Of a stretch of 64,000 nt of DNA, positions 38,942 through 49,495 are shown piece by piece; the stretch's first letter is position 1, and every line of letters begins with the position of its first letter. The DNA is from Gemmatimonadales bacterium (GTDB lineage Bacteria; Gemmatimonadota; Gemmatimonadetes; Gemmatimonadales; GWC2-71-9). Made by a program: the position numbers and the translations under genes. The stretch is from assembly GCA_965249575.1 (NCBI GenBank), contig OZ252244.1, positions 3,072,001 through 3,136,000 of the forward strand, given 5' to 3'. The notes beneath the pieces are model-generated. The model searched no databases. It saw only the letters and a program-made list of their open reading frames with translations, and was not told the origin of the DNA.

Positions 38942-40308
38942 TGGGGACCGCAACGCGGCCGAGCTCGTTGACCGGGCAGCCCGACGCCGGGCCGCCTTCC
39001 TACGGAACGATCACGCGCGACATCGCGGCGACGCTGGGCAATCCCACGCGCGGCTACTACATCCTGCTGGGTGCCGCCATGGCGGTGCTGGCATGGGGTG
39101 CCATCGCCCTCCTGTACCAGATCCGGTTCGGACTGGGAGTGGCCGGATACGAGCCGCCGGTCATGTGGGGCGTGTACATCACCAACTTCGTGTTCTGGGT
39201 CGGTATTGCCCACTGCGGCACGTTGATCTCGGCGATCCTGTACCTGTTCCGATCGCAATGGCGAACGGCGGTCTACCGGACGTCGGAGGCGATGACCGTG
39301 TTCGCCGTCATGACGGCCGGCCTGTTTCCGCTGATCCACGTCGGTCGCATCTGGTATGCGTACTGGCTTTTCCCCTATCCGAATCAGCGCCAGCTGTGGG
39401 TCAACTTCAAGTCACCGCTCTTGTGGGACGTCTTCGCGGTAAGCACGTACTTCGTCGTCAGTACGACGTTCCTCATCATGGGGCTCGTCCCCGACATCGC
39501 CACGCTTCGTGACGTGACGAGCGGCTGGCGGAAAAAGCTATACCAGGTCACGGCGCTCGGGTGGCGGGGGACGGATTCCCAATGGCGCCACTACACCCGG
39601 GCGTATCTCTACCTAGCCGCCTTGGCGACACCCCTCGTCCTTTCGGTGCATAGCGTTGTGTCGTGGGACTTCGCTATGTCGATCGTCCCGGGGTGGCATG
39701 CCACGATCTTTGCTCCCTACTTCGTGGCCGGGGCGATCTATTCCGGCCTTGCGATGGTCGTTACCCTCTTGGTCCCGCTCCGTGCCGCGTTCAAGCTCGA
39801 GCGATACATCACCAAGGATCACTTCGAGAACCTAGCGAAGTTGATCCTGCTCACGGGGATGATCGTTGGCTACGCGTATGTCGTCGAGTATTTCGTGGCG
39901 TGGTACAGTGGGAACCCGTACGAGCGCGAGGCGTTCTGGAATCGGGCGTTCGGGGAGTACTGGTGGGCCACATGGACCATGATCACGTGCAATGCCTTTC
40001 TCCCCTTGGTACTCTGGTCTCGCACGGTCCGGCGTAGCATTCCGGCGATGTTCCTCATCTCGCTCTTCGTCAACCTCGGTATGTGGTTCGAGCGTTTCGT
40101 GATCATCGTGGTGTCGCTCTCACATGAATATGAGCCGTATGCGATGGGGCACTACACCCCGAGCTGGGTCGACTGGTCGATCCTGGCTGGGAGTTTCGGG
40201 TGGTTCTTCACGTGGTTCCTTTTGTTTGCGAAGAACTTCCCGACCGTCTCCATCACCGAGGTCAAGGAGCTCATCCCGATGCCGCGAAGGGAGGGCCGGC
40301 GCGCATGA
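38941..40308 (+). CDS. actC: Alternative complex III NrfD-like quinol-oxidising membrane subunit
   Basis: WGVYITNFVFWVGIAH, HVGR, NFKSPLLWD, LSVHSVVSWDF, GMWFERFVII. Confidence 0.93.
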   Translation: MGTATRPSSLTGQPDAGPPSYGTITRDIAATLGNPTRGYYILLGAAMAVLAWGAIALLYQIRFGLGVAGYEPPVMWGVYITNFVFWVGIAHCGTLISAILYLFRSQWRTAVYRTSEAMTVFAVMTAGLFPLIHVGRIWYAYWLFPYPNQRQLWVNFKSPLLWDVFAVSTYFVVSTTFLIMGLVPDIATLRDVTSGWRKKLYQVTALGWRGTDSQWRHYTRAYLYLAALATPLVLSVHSVVSWDFAMSIVPGWHATIFAPYFVAGAIYSGLAMVVTLLVPLRAAFKLERYITKDHFENLAKLILLTGMIVGYAYVVEYFVAWYSGNPYEREAFWNRAFGEYWWATWTMITCNAFLPLVLWSRTVRRSIPAMFLISLFVNLGMWFERFVIIVVSLSHEYEPYAMGHYTPSWVDWSILAGSFGWFFTWFLLFAKNFPTVSITEVKELIPMPRREGRRA

Positions 40309-40811
40309 GCAAGGCTCCCGGGGGCGTGCTCGCGGCCTATCAGCACGTGGACGCTGCCAGCCAGGCCATCAGCGAGCTGAAGGAGATGGGGCATCACGAC
40401 TTCACGGTCTACACGCCGGTTCCGAACCACGAAATCGCGGACGCGATCGACCACCCCGTGAGTCCCGTGCGCCTGTGGACGCTCATCGGCGGCCTGACCG
40501 GATGTGCCTCGGGATTCGCGATGACCCTGTGGATGTCCTACGATTACCCGCTCGTCGTGGGTGGGAAACCGCTGGGCTCGATTCCCCCGTACGTCGTCAT
40601 TGCGTTCGAGTTGACCATCCTATTTGGCGCCCTCGCCACGGTTGCCGGACTCCTGTTCCATGCGTGGCTCGATCGGCGCGCGGCCGCGTACGATCCGCGG
40701 TGCAGCGATGATCACATCGGGATCTTCGTTCCCTGTCCGGTCGAGCGGCGGTCCGCAGTGGAGCAACTCTTGCGGTCGAGCGGTGCCACGGAGGTGCGTG
40801 TTGAGGCCTAG
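40305..40811 (+). CDS. actD: Alternative complex III subunit D (DUF3341)
   Basis: YTPVP, DYPLVVGGKP, FELTILFG. ATG overlaps the actC stop. Confidence 0.9.
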   Translation: MSKAPGGVLAAYQHVDAASQAISELKEMGHHDFTVYTPVPNHEIADAIDHPVSPVRLWTLIGGLTGCASGFAMTLWMSYDYPLVVGGKPLGSIPPYVVIAFELTILFGALATVAGLLFHAWLDRRAAAYDPRCSDDHIGIFVPCPVERRSAVEQLLRSSGATEVRVEA

Positions 40812-41346
40812 TCTCGCCGTGGTCGCGTTCGCCCTCCTCGCCGCTGGGTGCTCCCGGGACGCGTGGCAGCGCTCCCCCGGGCCGGACGACCTGATCGCGG
40901 CAGTTCCGTGGTTCTCGACGATGCGGCGCAGTATCGCCATCCGGCCCTACGAAATGCCGCGCGACCCCGCCCCCGGGACGGTCCCGATTACGGGAATCGA
41001 GCCTGCGCTTCCGTTTTCACCCCAAAACCTCCCGGAAATCGACCGGCTCCGGAATCCGGTGGCACGCACGTCGGAGTCCATCAACCGCGGTGCGGATCGT
41101 TACGCCATTTACTGCGCCGTCTGTCATGGGGAGGGTGGCGCCGGTGACGGCCCGGTCGCGGTGAGCCTCGGCGGAACCGTGCGCAACCTGCTAGGGGACG
41201 ACGTGCGGCGATTTTCCGATGGGCGCATCTACACGGCGATCCGGCATGGGTTCGGGCTGATGCCAGGGTATGGACACGTGTTGACCATCGAGGATCGCTG
41301 GAACGTCGTGAATTACGTGCGGGTCCTTCAGGGGGCGCCACGATGA
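40798..41346 (+). CDS. actE: Alternative complex III monoheme cytochrome c lipoprotein
   Basis: Lipobox LAAGC, YCAVCHG, GLMPGY, DRWNVVNYVRVLQ. Confidence 0.9.
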   Translation: MLRPSLAVVAFALLAAGCSRDAWQRSPGPDDLIAAVPWFSTMRRSIAIRPYEMPRDPAPGTVPITGIEPALPFSPQNLPEIDRLRNPVARTSESINRGADRYAIYCAVCHGEGGAGDGPVAVSLGGTVRNLLGDDVRRFSDGRIYTAIRHGFGLMPGYGHVLTIEDRWNVVNYVRVLQGAPR

Positions 41347-42596
41347 GCTCCGCGGACCACCAGGGCGCCTACCAGCGCGCCACGAATTCGCCAGCGGCCC
41401 CGCTCCTCCGGAGTGGGGCGGTCCTCGCCGTACTTGGTCTCGGGTTGTTCGCGGTGCTGCTCATGGGAGACGATCCCGGCCGGGCGTGGCGCCTGTTCCT
41501 CATCAACTTCCTGTTCTTTACGGGGCTGGCGCAGGGCGCGATCATCTTCGCCGCCACGCAGAAGGTGACGAAGGGCGAGTGGTCGGGGCCGATCATTCGG
41601 TTTGCTGAAGCGACGGTTGGGTTTCTGCCGATCGCACTCGTGTGCTTCCTCGTGCTGTTCCTCGGAAGCCACCACCTGTTTCCGTGGATCGAGCATCCGA
41701 CTCCGGCGAGAGGCAAGTGGCTCACTCTTTCCTGGGTGTTCTGGCGCGATCTCGTGAGCCTGCTCCTGGTCTTTGGCGCTTCGACGGTATTCGTCTATCT
41801 GGATCTGAAGCCCGACGTAGCCGAGCTCAGGGCGCACGTGACCGGGTGGAAGCGGGCGTTGTACGACCGCCTTGCGGGTGATTACACCGGGACGCCGGAA
41901 CAAGTTGAGCGGCTCGAACGCCAGCTGTCTCGTCTGGCGGTAACTACTCTGATCCTCTACGCGTACCTCTTCACGATCATTGGCTTCGACCTCGTCAAGT
42001 CCCTGGCGCCCTACTGGGTCAGCAACCTGTTCGGGGCGTTCTTCTTCATGGGAGCCTTCCTTACCGGGCTGACCACGTTGGGCGTCATGATGGTATACTG
42101 GCGCTCCAAGCTCGGTCTGCAGAGCTTGATCGGTCGGCAGCAGTTCCACGACCTGGGTAAGCTCGTTTTCGGGTTCTCGATCTTCTGGGCCTACTTGATG
42201 TTCAGCCAGTTTCTTGTCATCTGGTTCGGCAATCTTCCCGAAGAAACCGCCTTTCCTTTCTACCGCCTGTGGGGCGAGTGGCGCCCGATCGGCATTTTGG
42301 TCGGGCTGATGGTGTTCCTCATCCCGTTCTGGGGTCTGATCTGGGTCAAGGCGAAAATCACACCGTTTACATTCACGCTCTTCGTGCTCGTGAGCCTGGC
42401 GGGCATGTGGCTGGAGCGATACCTGCTGGTGCAGCCGTCGCTGACGGAGCACGGCCCCGCGTTCGGCATCCCGGAGGTCGGGATCACTGCCGGGTTCCTG
42501 GGCCTGTTCCTGATAGCCTACGGTCTGTTCGCGCGCTCCTTCCCCATGGTGAGTCCGCGACTGGCGGCGAAAGCGGTCCAAGGTCACGGGCACTAG
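41343..42596 (+). CDS. actF: Alternative complex III subunit F (NrfD-like)
   Basis: Multi-TM protein with WVSNLFG, HDLGKLVFGF, FSQFLVIWFGNLPEE. Confidence 0.9.
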   Translation: MSSADHQGAYQRATNSPAAPLLRSGAVLAVLGLGLFAVLLMGDDPGRAWRLFLINFLFFTGLAQGAIIFAATQKVTKGEWSGPIIRFAEATVGFLPIALVCFLVLFLGSHHLFPWIEHPTPARGKWLTLSWVFWRDLVSLLLVFGASTVFVYLDLKPDVAELRAHVTGWKRALYDRLAGDYTGTPEQVERLERQLSRLAVTTLILYAYLFTIIGFDLVKSLAPYWVSNLFGAFFFMGAFLTGLTTLGVMMVYWRSKLGLQSLIGRQQFHDLGKLVFGFSIFWAYLMFSQFLVIWFGNLPEETAFPFYRLWGEWRPIGILVGLMVFLIPFWGLIWVKAKITPFTFTLFVLVSLAGMWLERYLLVQPSLTEHGPAFGIPEVGITAGFLGLFLIAYGLFARSFPMVSPRLAAKAVQGHGH

Positions 42597-42641
42597 GGGG
42601 CAGGGGTAGCGGGGTCGGGCCGTCCCTCACGTAGAGCGCCG

Positions 42642-43775
42642 TTACTGCAAACGCCTGAGTAGTGTCTCGAGGGAGTCCCGCGAGATCGGCGCGCGAGCCC
42701 ATACGCTGTATTCTCCGACCTCCGTAACGATACCCGCCGAATCGTCCTGGTCTCTAGCCGCCGCGTCCCGAGCGCGGCCAGCCACGTCCACGGCGGAACG
42801 GAGCCCGATGTCGGGAGGAACGGTTCGAGTCTGAACGAGCTCGAGGTTGAGGTTCCGGCCGATCGCTTGCCGCGTACGGACGGCGGGCGCTCCGGACGTT
42901 CGAATCTCGAAGGCCGGCTCGCCGATTCCTGGGATGGTGAGGATCGCGCCACCCACGTGCTCCTCTGCCGCCCGCCGATCAGAGGGGACCCAGTTGCCGT
43001 CCAGGTCCTCGAGCTGCCTCACAGGCGGTGCGGCGTTCTCCGCTGCGGCCACCCGTTTGGCGGCGGCCGCGGGCGCCTCGTCCATCTCTCGCCGCTCAGC
43101 CAACCGATCCTGGGCTTCGGCAGGGATGAGTCTGGCAACCGCTTCTCCTTTCCCGCCCTGGGGGGCGTCAACGCCCGCGACTACCGGTGGCCCCGCCGCT
43201 CGCCCCCGCGGCTGGGCCGACTGCGCGAGCTCCGGCTCAGCCTGAGCGATGGCTCCGACAGGGGGCGCCGCCGCTGGTGTGCGCTTGTCGTCCACCGTCA
43301 CCTTCTCCTCCAGCTCGGAAAGGGCCACTTCCCGGCGCTGTTCCCGGATGCCGCCGACACCGACCTGGGTGGACGCCCGGGAACCGGACTCCTCCATGAG
43401 GGCGACCGGGCCCTCCTCGGGCCGCGGTGCGATCGCCAGCTCCCGGGCGTACCAGCCGACCCCAAGCGCGAGCGCGACGGTCGCCGCCCACGCGAGCGGG
43501 GTCGTGAGCATGCCCGGCCGGCGAGCCTCCGATGCACCCCGCGCCCGGCGGAGCACCCCCTCGAACGGCGGGGTGTCGACTGCAAGTGGAGGGGAGGAGT
43601 CGAGGATCGTCTGCGCCCGCTCGCGCGTCGAGCGTACGTCCGCCAGCCGTTTCCGGCATTCGGCGCACTCGCCGAGGTGCCGCTCGGTGGCGAGGACCTC
43701 TCCTGGATCGCTGCCTCCGTCACGCTCTCGGGTGTCGAGGTACGCGTGTAACTGTGCGTCATCCACGTGTGGCAC
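42642..43775 (-). CDS. Membrane-anchored zinc-finger (zf-HC2/ZAS) anti-sigma factor
   Basis: PHVDDAQLHAYLD..HLGECAEC, TM segment LAWAATVALALGVGW. GTG 43775 follows GGAGGG and overlaps the sigma gene end. Confidence 0.85.
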   Translation of the reverse strand: MPHVDDAQLHAYLDTRERDGGSDPGEVLATERHLGECAECRKRLADVRSTRERAQTILDSSPPLAVDTPPFEGVLRRARGASEARRPGMLTTPLAWAATVALALGVGWYARELAIAPRPEEGPVALMEESGSRASTQVGVGGIREQRREVALSELEEKVTVDDKRTPAAAPPVGAIAQAEPELAQSAQPRGRAAGPPVVAGVDAPQGGKGEAVARLIPAEAQDRLAERREMDEAPAAAAKRVAAAENAAPPVRQLEDLDGNWVPSDRRAAEEHVGGAILTIPGIGEPAFEIRTSGAPAVRTRQAIGRNLNLELVQTRTVPPDIGLRSAVDVAGRARDAAARDQDDSAGIVTEVGEYSVWARAPISRDSLETLLRRLQ

Positions 43776-44262
43776 GACGTCCCTCCAATTCTTCATGCGC
43801 CTCGACTAGGCGTTTACGCGCCCTCGCGAGCGTCGTCCCGATCGCCCCACGCGCCAATCCAGTCTGCTCCGCGATCTCCTGATAGTCGAAACCCGCGTCC
43901 CAGAGGAGGAGTACGTCACGATCTCGCCCGCTCAACGCGTCGAGGGCGGCGCGAACCGCCTCGGATCGCTCTCGGTTCTCGAGTGTCTGGGCCGGGTCGG
44001 GTGCCTGTCGCTCAACCGGCTCGACCTTGATCAGTTCGAGATGCCGTTTTCGTCTCACCGCCGCGCGAGCCTCGTCTCTCGCCAGATTCGTCGCCACGGT
44101 GAAGAGCCAAGCGCGCGGGTTGTCCGGATTCTGATCGAGCGCACGAACGAACGTCTCCTGCGCGAGGTCGTGCGCTCGATCGCCATCCCACACCTTGCGA
44201 TGGAGGAAGCGGACCAAGTCGGGGTACGTCCTCCGGTACACATCTTCCCAGTCCACGGGCAC
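43759..44262 (-). CDS. ECF RNA polymerase sigma factor
   Basis: AHDLAQETFVRA, RAWLFTVATN, YQEIAEQTG..TTLARAR. Confidence 0.93.
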   Translation of the reverse strand: MPVDWEDVYRRTYPDLVRFLHRKVWDGDRAHDLAQETFVRALDQNPDNPRAWLFTVATNLARDEARAAVRRKRHLELIKVEPVERQAPDPAQTLENRERSEAVRAALDALSGRDRDVLLLWDAGFDYQEIAEQTGLARGAIGTTLARARKRLVEAHEELEGRRATRG

Positions 44263-44271
44263 GGTCGAAAG

Positions 44272-46485
44272 TTAGCTACCGCGAAACGCGGTCACGAGCC
44301 CGCGGAGCTTGGTGGCCGACAGCCTGGAGCGCCCGTCCGGCACGATCGCTATGGCGACCTGCTCGCCGGAAATGAGCACCCGGTCGAACAGCGTCGCGTA
44401 CGGTCGAAGCTCGGGCAGAAGCGCGAGCAGCTTGAAGTAAGCGTCGCTGAAGGGCGATACCTCGACCACTCGCGTCGTGTCCCTATGACGCATGTCAGTC
44501 CAGACCCCGTCACGCTCGGTGAAGAGCCGCCCCGCTACGGCCCGCCGAGTCGCCTCTCCCTTCCCGGCTTGCTCTAGCAGCGTCTCTTCAGCGGCCGCAA
44601 CGTCTGAGACGGTCTTGGCCTTGCGCTGCTTGCGCGCACGGTCGGCTGCGATCACGGCCCCGCGGCCAACTGGGGGAGACGCAGTCGCCGCGTTGAGAGG
44701 TGTGGAAGGTAGAGCACGCAGCCCTGCCAACGGCCCGGGCTGGCGTTCCGGTTCCTGGACCAAGTAGGAGGTGTACTCGCTCAACAACCCGTAGCGCAGC
44801 GCCGTCTTGCGGATGTCCTCGACCAGCTCCGCCGTCGCGCCACCGAGGCGAACGGACCGCGACAGCACGCCGATCTTGCGAGCCGCCCACAGGCGCGGGA
44901 CGTATGCGTTTTCTGTCTCGTGGTCGGGGAACCGCAGCCGCACCGCAAACCGTTTCTCCTGACCGTTTCTCCGCCCCGTCACGACGACCTCGCCGGGTGC
45001 GCCCGACCTATCGGAAACGTATCGGCCAAAGATCACCAGCTCCTCGTCAGCGAAGAGATCGGGTAGGCGCGCTGGATAGACCTCGCGAAATCGCGAGGCC
45101 GCGCCGCCGAGCTCGAGATCGACGAGCACCGGACGGCTGATCTTGCGAACGAGATGGCCCACTACCGCTTCGACGTCCTCACCGGGCTGTACGTATTGCG
45201 TCGCTCCCCGCCCGGCGGAGCTCAGCCGGTCCAATAGATACGTGTTGACGTCGTACCCAACCCCGAACGCGAACACACGGGCTTGGCGGCGGGCTCGCTC
45301 GGCGCGATCGGCGATTCGCTCGGGGTTTTGCTCTCCCACCGAAGGGAGCCCGTCGGTGAGGAACACGACGACCGAGAGCCGGCGCTCGGGACTCTCGACG
45401 GCAAAGGCCTCCGACAGCGCTCCGGCGAGGTTGGTGCCGCCGTCCGCGTCCAGGTCGTCGATCCACTGTGCGGCGGTGGCCACTTGGCGGTCCGTCGCGG
45501 GCGTCCAGCCCTGGCGGTACGTACGAACGCGGTTGTTGAAGGCGATCAACCGAAATCGATCGTCCGGTCCGAGCGAACCGAGGAGTCCTCGCAACGCCGA
45601 CCGGGCTTGCGCGATCTTCGTACCCGACATTGATCCTGAGACGTCGACGACCGCCGTGACGTCACGGCGCTGAGTCGCCTCGGTTCGCACCGCACCAGGT
45701 GACAGTGTGAGCATGAAGTACCCGTTCTCACGGGACGGGCGGTGAAAAACGGCCGTCAAGCCGATCGCGTCGCGCGCCAGCGGCAAGAACAGCGAGAGGT
45801 CCCCAGCGAGCGGTTCCGTCAGCCGAACGACGAGTTGCCCGCCGTCCCGACCGACATCGAGCCCGTGCGTCGGCGAAAACGGATCGGAGAACGCCGCGCC
45901 GCTGTCGGCCGTCAGCTCGAACGCGATGGGACCGGGTGTCGGTTGCTGTCGCCGTCCCGTTCGTTCCTGACCTTGGGGCACGTGAGAGAATCGACCGCCA
46001 GCCGCGTACCGAAATTGCAGTGCCTCGCCCGCCCGGTCCATCAACTGGGTGTATCGGAGCGTGATTCTGCGACTCTTACCCGGCTCGATCGGGAAGACGC
46101 GGGCCCGGATGAGACCGTGTCCCACCAACTCGATCAGGGCCGGATCCCGACGCTTGCGCACAATCGCCTCGTAGATCGACCGTGCCTGTGCGGCGTCCAT
46201 GGTCTCGCCGCGGAGCGCCTGATCACCCTGATAAAGCGTGAAGTTGGAGAAGACTGCCTCACCGGTCAGAGGATACAAGTAATCACCCTCGGCGACTCTG
46301 GTGCCGCGGTTCTCGAACCATTCCTCGACACTGACGCGGGCAATGCGGCCGACGACGCGAACCGACACAGTGGTGCGGAGACGTGCGACCCCCGTCATGT
46401 CCGGGTTCCGTCCCTCGATCCAGCCCTGTGCCGCGAGCGGACCGCTCGGCAGCAGGCACAAGGCGAGTGCGACGTGCGCTTTCAT
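44272..46485 (-). CDS. Secreted VIT + vWA domain protein
   Basis: Signal peptide after ATG 46485 (RBS GGAGGA), VIT segment (EEWFEN..RRDPALIE), MIDAS DVSGSM, GGTN, FLTDG. Confidence 0.9.
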   Translation of the reverse strand: MKAHVALALCLLPSGPLAAQGWIEGRNPDMTGVARLRTTVSVRVVGRIARVSVEEWFENRGTRVAEGDYLYPLTGEAVFSNFTLYQGDQALRGETMDAAQARSIYEAIVRKRRDPALIELVGHGLIRARVFPIEPGKSRRITLRYTQLMDRAGEALQFRYAAGGRFSHVPQGQERTGRRQQPTPGPIAFELTADSGAAFSDPFSPTHGLDVGRDGGQLVVRLTEPLAGDLSLFLPLARDAIGLTAVFHRPSRENGYFMLTLSPGAVRTEATQRRDVTAVVDVSGSMSGTKIAQARSALRGLLGSLGPDDRFRLIAFNNRVRTYRQGWTPATDRQVATAAQWIDDLDADGGTNLAGALSEAFAVESPERRLSVVVFLTDGLPSVGEQNPERIADRAERARRQARVFAFGVGYDVNTYLLDRLSSAGRGATQYVQPGEDVEAVVGHLVRKISRPVLVDLELGGAASRFREVYPARLPDLFADEELVIFGRYVSDRSGAPGEVVVTGRRNGQEKRFAVRLRFPDHETENAYVPRLWAARKIGVLSRSVRLGGATAELVEDIRKTALRYGLLSEYTSYLVQEPERQPGPLAGLRALPSTPLNAATASPPVGRGAVIAADRARKQRKAKTVSDVAAAEETLLEQAGKGEATRRAVAGRLFTERDGVWTDMRHRDTTRVVEVSPFSDAYFKLLALLPELRPYATLFDRVLISGEQVAIAIVPDGRSRLSATKLRGLVTAFRGS

Positions 46486-46596
46486 TGACGTTCCTCCCAA
46501 TCTGTCGTTCAACAAGGGAGGACGTCCGACCCCCGATTTCTTGCACGCGACACCCGCCGCGGGGGAATCCGTCCGGCCGGCTGGACCGGCCGGGTT

Positions 46597-49474
46597 CTAG
46601 GGAGAAAGCCGACTGAGTGCGCGCTCGGCCCGGGTCCGGGCGGCGAGGGCGGTCCCGTCGGCCTCGGGGAGGAGATCGACCAGGTCGGCGTACGTGTTGA
46701 TGGCCAGCACGGTGTCGCCGATGGCGAGCGCTGCGTCGGCTCGTAGCGACAAAGCGATGGGCCAGGCTGCCTGATCCACGAAGCCGGCGATCCTGAGGAA
46801 GGTCACCGACGCCTTGAGCGCCTCCGCGTGGCGGCCGACCACGGAGGCAAGGCGCGCCCTCGACAACCTCAGAGGCCACAGCGACGCCACGGGCGCGAAC
46901 GGCACCTGTTCGATGTTGAAGCGCTCCGTAGCGCGCCGCCAGGTCGCTAGCGCTCCCGCAGTGTCGCCCGCGGCCAGGCGGTCATTCGCTGCGAGGTCGT
47001 CCAACAGGCTCAGCGCCAGCGGCGACGCCCGCCCGGGCGGGCCGGCCAGTCGGCGCAGTTCCTCTCTGGCACCGAATGCTTCGCCCGGGTCACGGGGTTG
47101 GTACCAGCGGGCCAAGAGCCATGGGTCGACCAGGGAGTCCAGCTCCCCATCCGCCAGTCGGGTCGCAGCCGCTATCTGCTCCGACTCATCGGCCAGTTGC
47201 GGTAGATCGGTCACGGTCCCTAGCAGCACCCAGCGGTCGATTTCCTCCCCGGGCACGCCCGCCCGGCGAGCGATGCCGATCAGGGACTTTCCCGAACGCT
47301 CACGTCCCGCTCCCAGCAGAAGTGCGAGCCTCATGCGGAACGAGCGTGCCAATTCGTCCCTGCTGGTCGCCCGTTCCCACAGGACCTCGACCGCGCGGGC
47401 CCCGATGTCACGCTCCGCCGGACTGCGCCCAAACTCGCTGGCGATGAACGCCAGATTCTCCAAGAACTCCGACGGCCGGTTGCGGAAGGAGGCGAGCACT
47501 CCCAACGCGTGTCGGGGGTGATAGAGGAGCGTATCTCCCGCTCCGACCAGCTGGGCCAGAATCGACGTCGAATCAACGCGAAGGTACTGCTGCATGTAGG
47601 CCCGCGCGCTCGCATCGTCCTCCTCCGCTAAGGCCAGCGTGATCAGATGTCCCAGTGGGGCCGCGAAGGTCGGATGGCGGACCAGCACCTCCTGGAAGGC
47701 CGCCTTCGACTCGCTGAGTGGGGTGCCGATGAGCGGGCCGAAATGAAACTGAAGCTCCGCCAGTGCAAACCACGCGTCGACAGCGTCGGGATGCTGCCGT
47801 ACGATCTCCCCAAAGGTTCGTCTGGCCTGCTCGATGTCGCCATCCTCCATGAGTGTCTGATATCCGTCGAGCAGTTGGCGCGAAACCGGATCCAGCCGGC
47901 TCTTATACGTCGAAGCAGCCTGGAGCGCCGAGCGTATCATCGGTGCAGAGGGGGCGAGCGGCGCCGAGCATTCGCTTGAAGTACGCGGGGGCATAGGTCG
48001 AGTCGAGCTCGACGACGCGGTCGAAATGACGGATCGCCACCTCGTAGTCCCCGATCCGGAAGGCCCGATCTCCCTGGAAGTAGGCGCTGATGGCCGGCAG
48101 TCCCTGGGGCAGAGACGGAGTCGCAAAGCCGCTCTGTTCCCGCGCGGCGCGTGTGGCAAATGCCTCAACGATGAGGTCGGCAACGAGCGCATGCAGGCTG
48201 TCGAGCAGGCCCGATCGATCGGCGCTCACGCTGAGACTGCGGGAGGGAATCTCGTGGGCCTGAATGCGAAGCGTGATCCGCCGGTCCCGCGCCTCGATGT
48301 ATCCCGAGATCGCGCTAGTGGCTCCGAGGGCCTGAGCGATGTCGAGGAGCGCGTCGAGCTCCTGAGGCTCGGTGCCGAAGCGCCGGAACACCGCGGACTG
48401 AACGACGGGGGTTCCGATCACCCGATACTCCGGCAGCATGCGGAGCTGCCACGCGAACGCCTGCGGCAGGATCGTATCCAGCTCGAGTCCAGCTACGAGG
48501 CGAGGGCCAGAAACCTCAAACGGCAGCACGGCGATCGCAGGCCTGGTAGTGGCTTGAGGCTCGCGTTCTCGACCGATCCACCAACCGCCGAGGAGTGCCA
48601 CTCCCAAGACTCCAACGGCCACCCAGCGGGAGACCGCCGGCCCACGATCCGGCCGGGCGGCTCCAGAAATGCGTTCGAGCCAATCCTCCACCGAGGCCGG
48701 CCGGTCGCCCCGGGCGGGGTGGAGCGCCGCTGCGACCGCCTGTGCAACCGGAGTGGGGAGGTCGGGAACGGCCTCCCGAAGGGTACGAGACAGGTCAGCG
48801 ACGGTAGAAGCACGGTTGGCCCGCTGGCCCGTGAGCGACTCGAAGGCCGTCGCCGCGAGGGAATACAGGTCGGCGCGGCCGTCCACCTCGGCGGCTCCGG
48901 CCTGCTGTTCCGGCGCCATATAGGCCGGAGTACCAAGTCCTTCACCGGTGTGGGTGATCTCCGTGTCCGTGGGTGCATTCACGTGAGCGATGCCGAAGTC
49001 CGTGATCAGCCACCGGCCCGTCTCACGTTCCAGGAGAATGTTCGCGGGCTTGACGTCTCGATGGACGATTCCTCGCGCGTGCGCGAAAGCCAGGGCGCCG
49101 CCCACCTGCTGCAACATGCTCATGGTGTCGGCATGGGTCAGGCGCTGCCGTCCCGAGATCTCATCGGCGAGCGTGCTGCCCTCGATCTGTGGCATGACCA
49201 GATAGGCGATCCCGTGGCCGACGCCGAAGTCGAAGACGGGCACGATGTTGGGATGGGAGAGGTTGGCCGCGAGCGCGGCCTCCCGCTTGAACCGCGCAAG
49301 CCGCACTGTGCTCTGGGACACTTCAGGAGGAAGCACCTTGACTGCGACCGGGGAGTCGAGCGCACGATTGCGTCCCGAGAATACCCAGCCCATCCCCCCT
49401 TGCCCAAGGACGCCCACGATCTCGTAGCGTCCCTGAGTAGCGGATTCTAACGTCGCGAAGCTAGGTGCCTCCAA
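46597..49474 (-). CDS. Membrane Ser/Thr kinase with TolB-N-like and TPR C-terminal region; frame break near 47960
   Basis: LGQGGMGWV, VAVK, HRDVKPAN, DFG, YMAPE, TM helix, IAVLPF. Helical repeats continue in ORF 46597..48192. Confidence 0.85.
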
Positions 49475-49495
49475 CCATCTCTCGAGGTGTCGAGA

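Noticed and set aside
35939..40308. Polysulfide, nitrite or tetrathionate reductase
   Set aside because: The order pentaheme cytochrome, fused B subunit, NrfD, DUF3341, monoheme cytochrome, second NrfD-like gene is diagnostic of ACIII.
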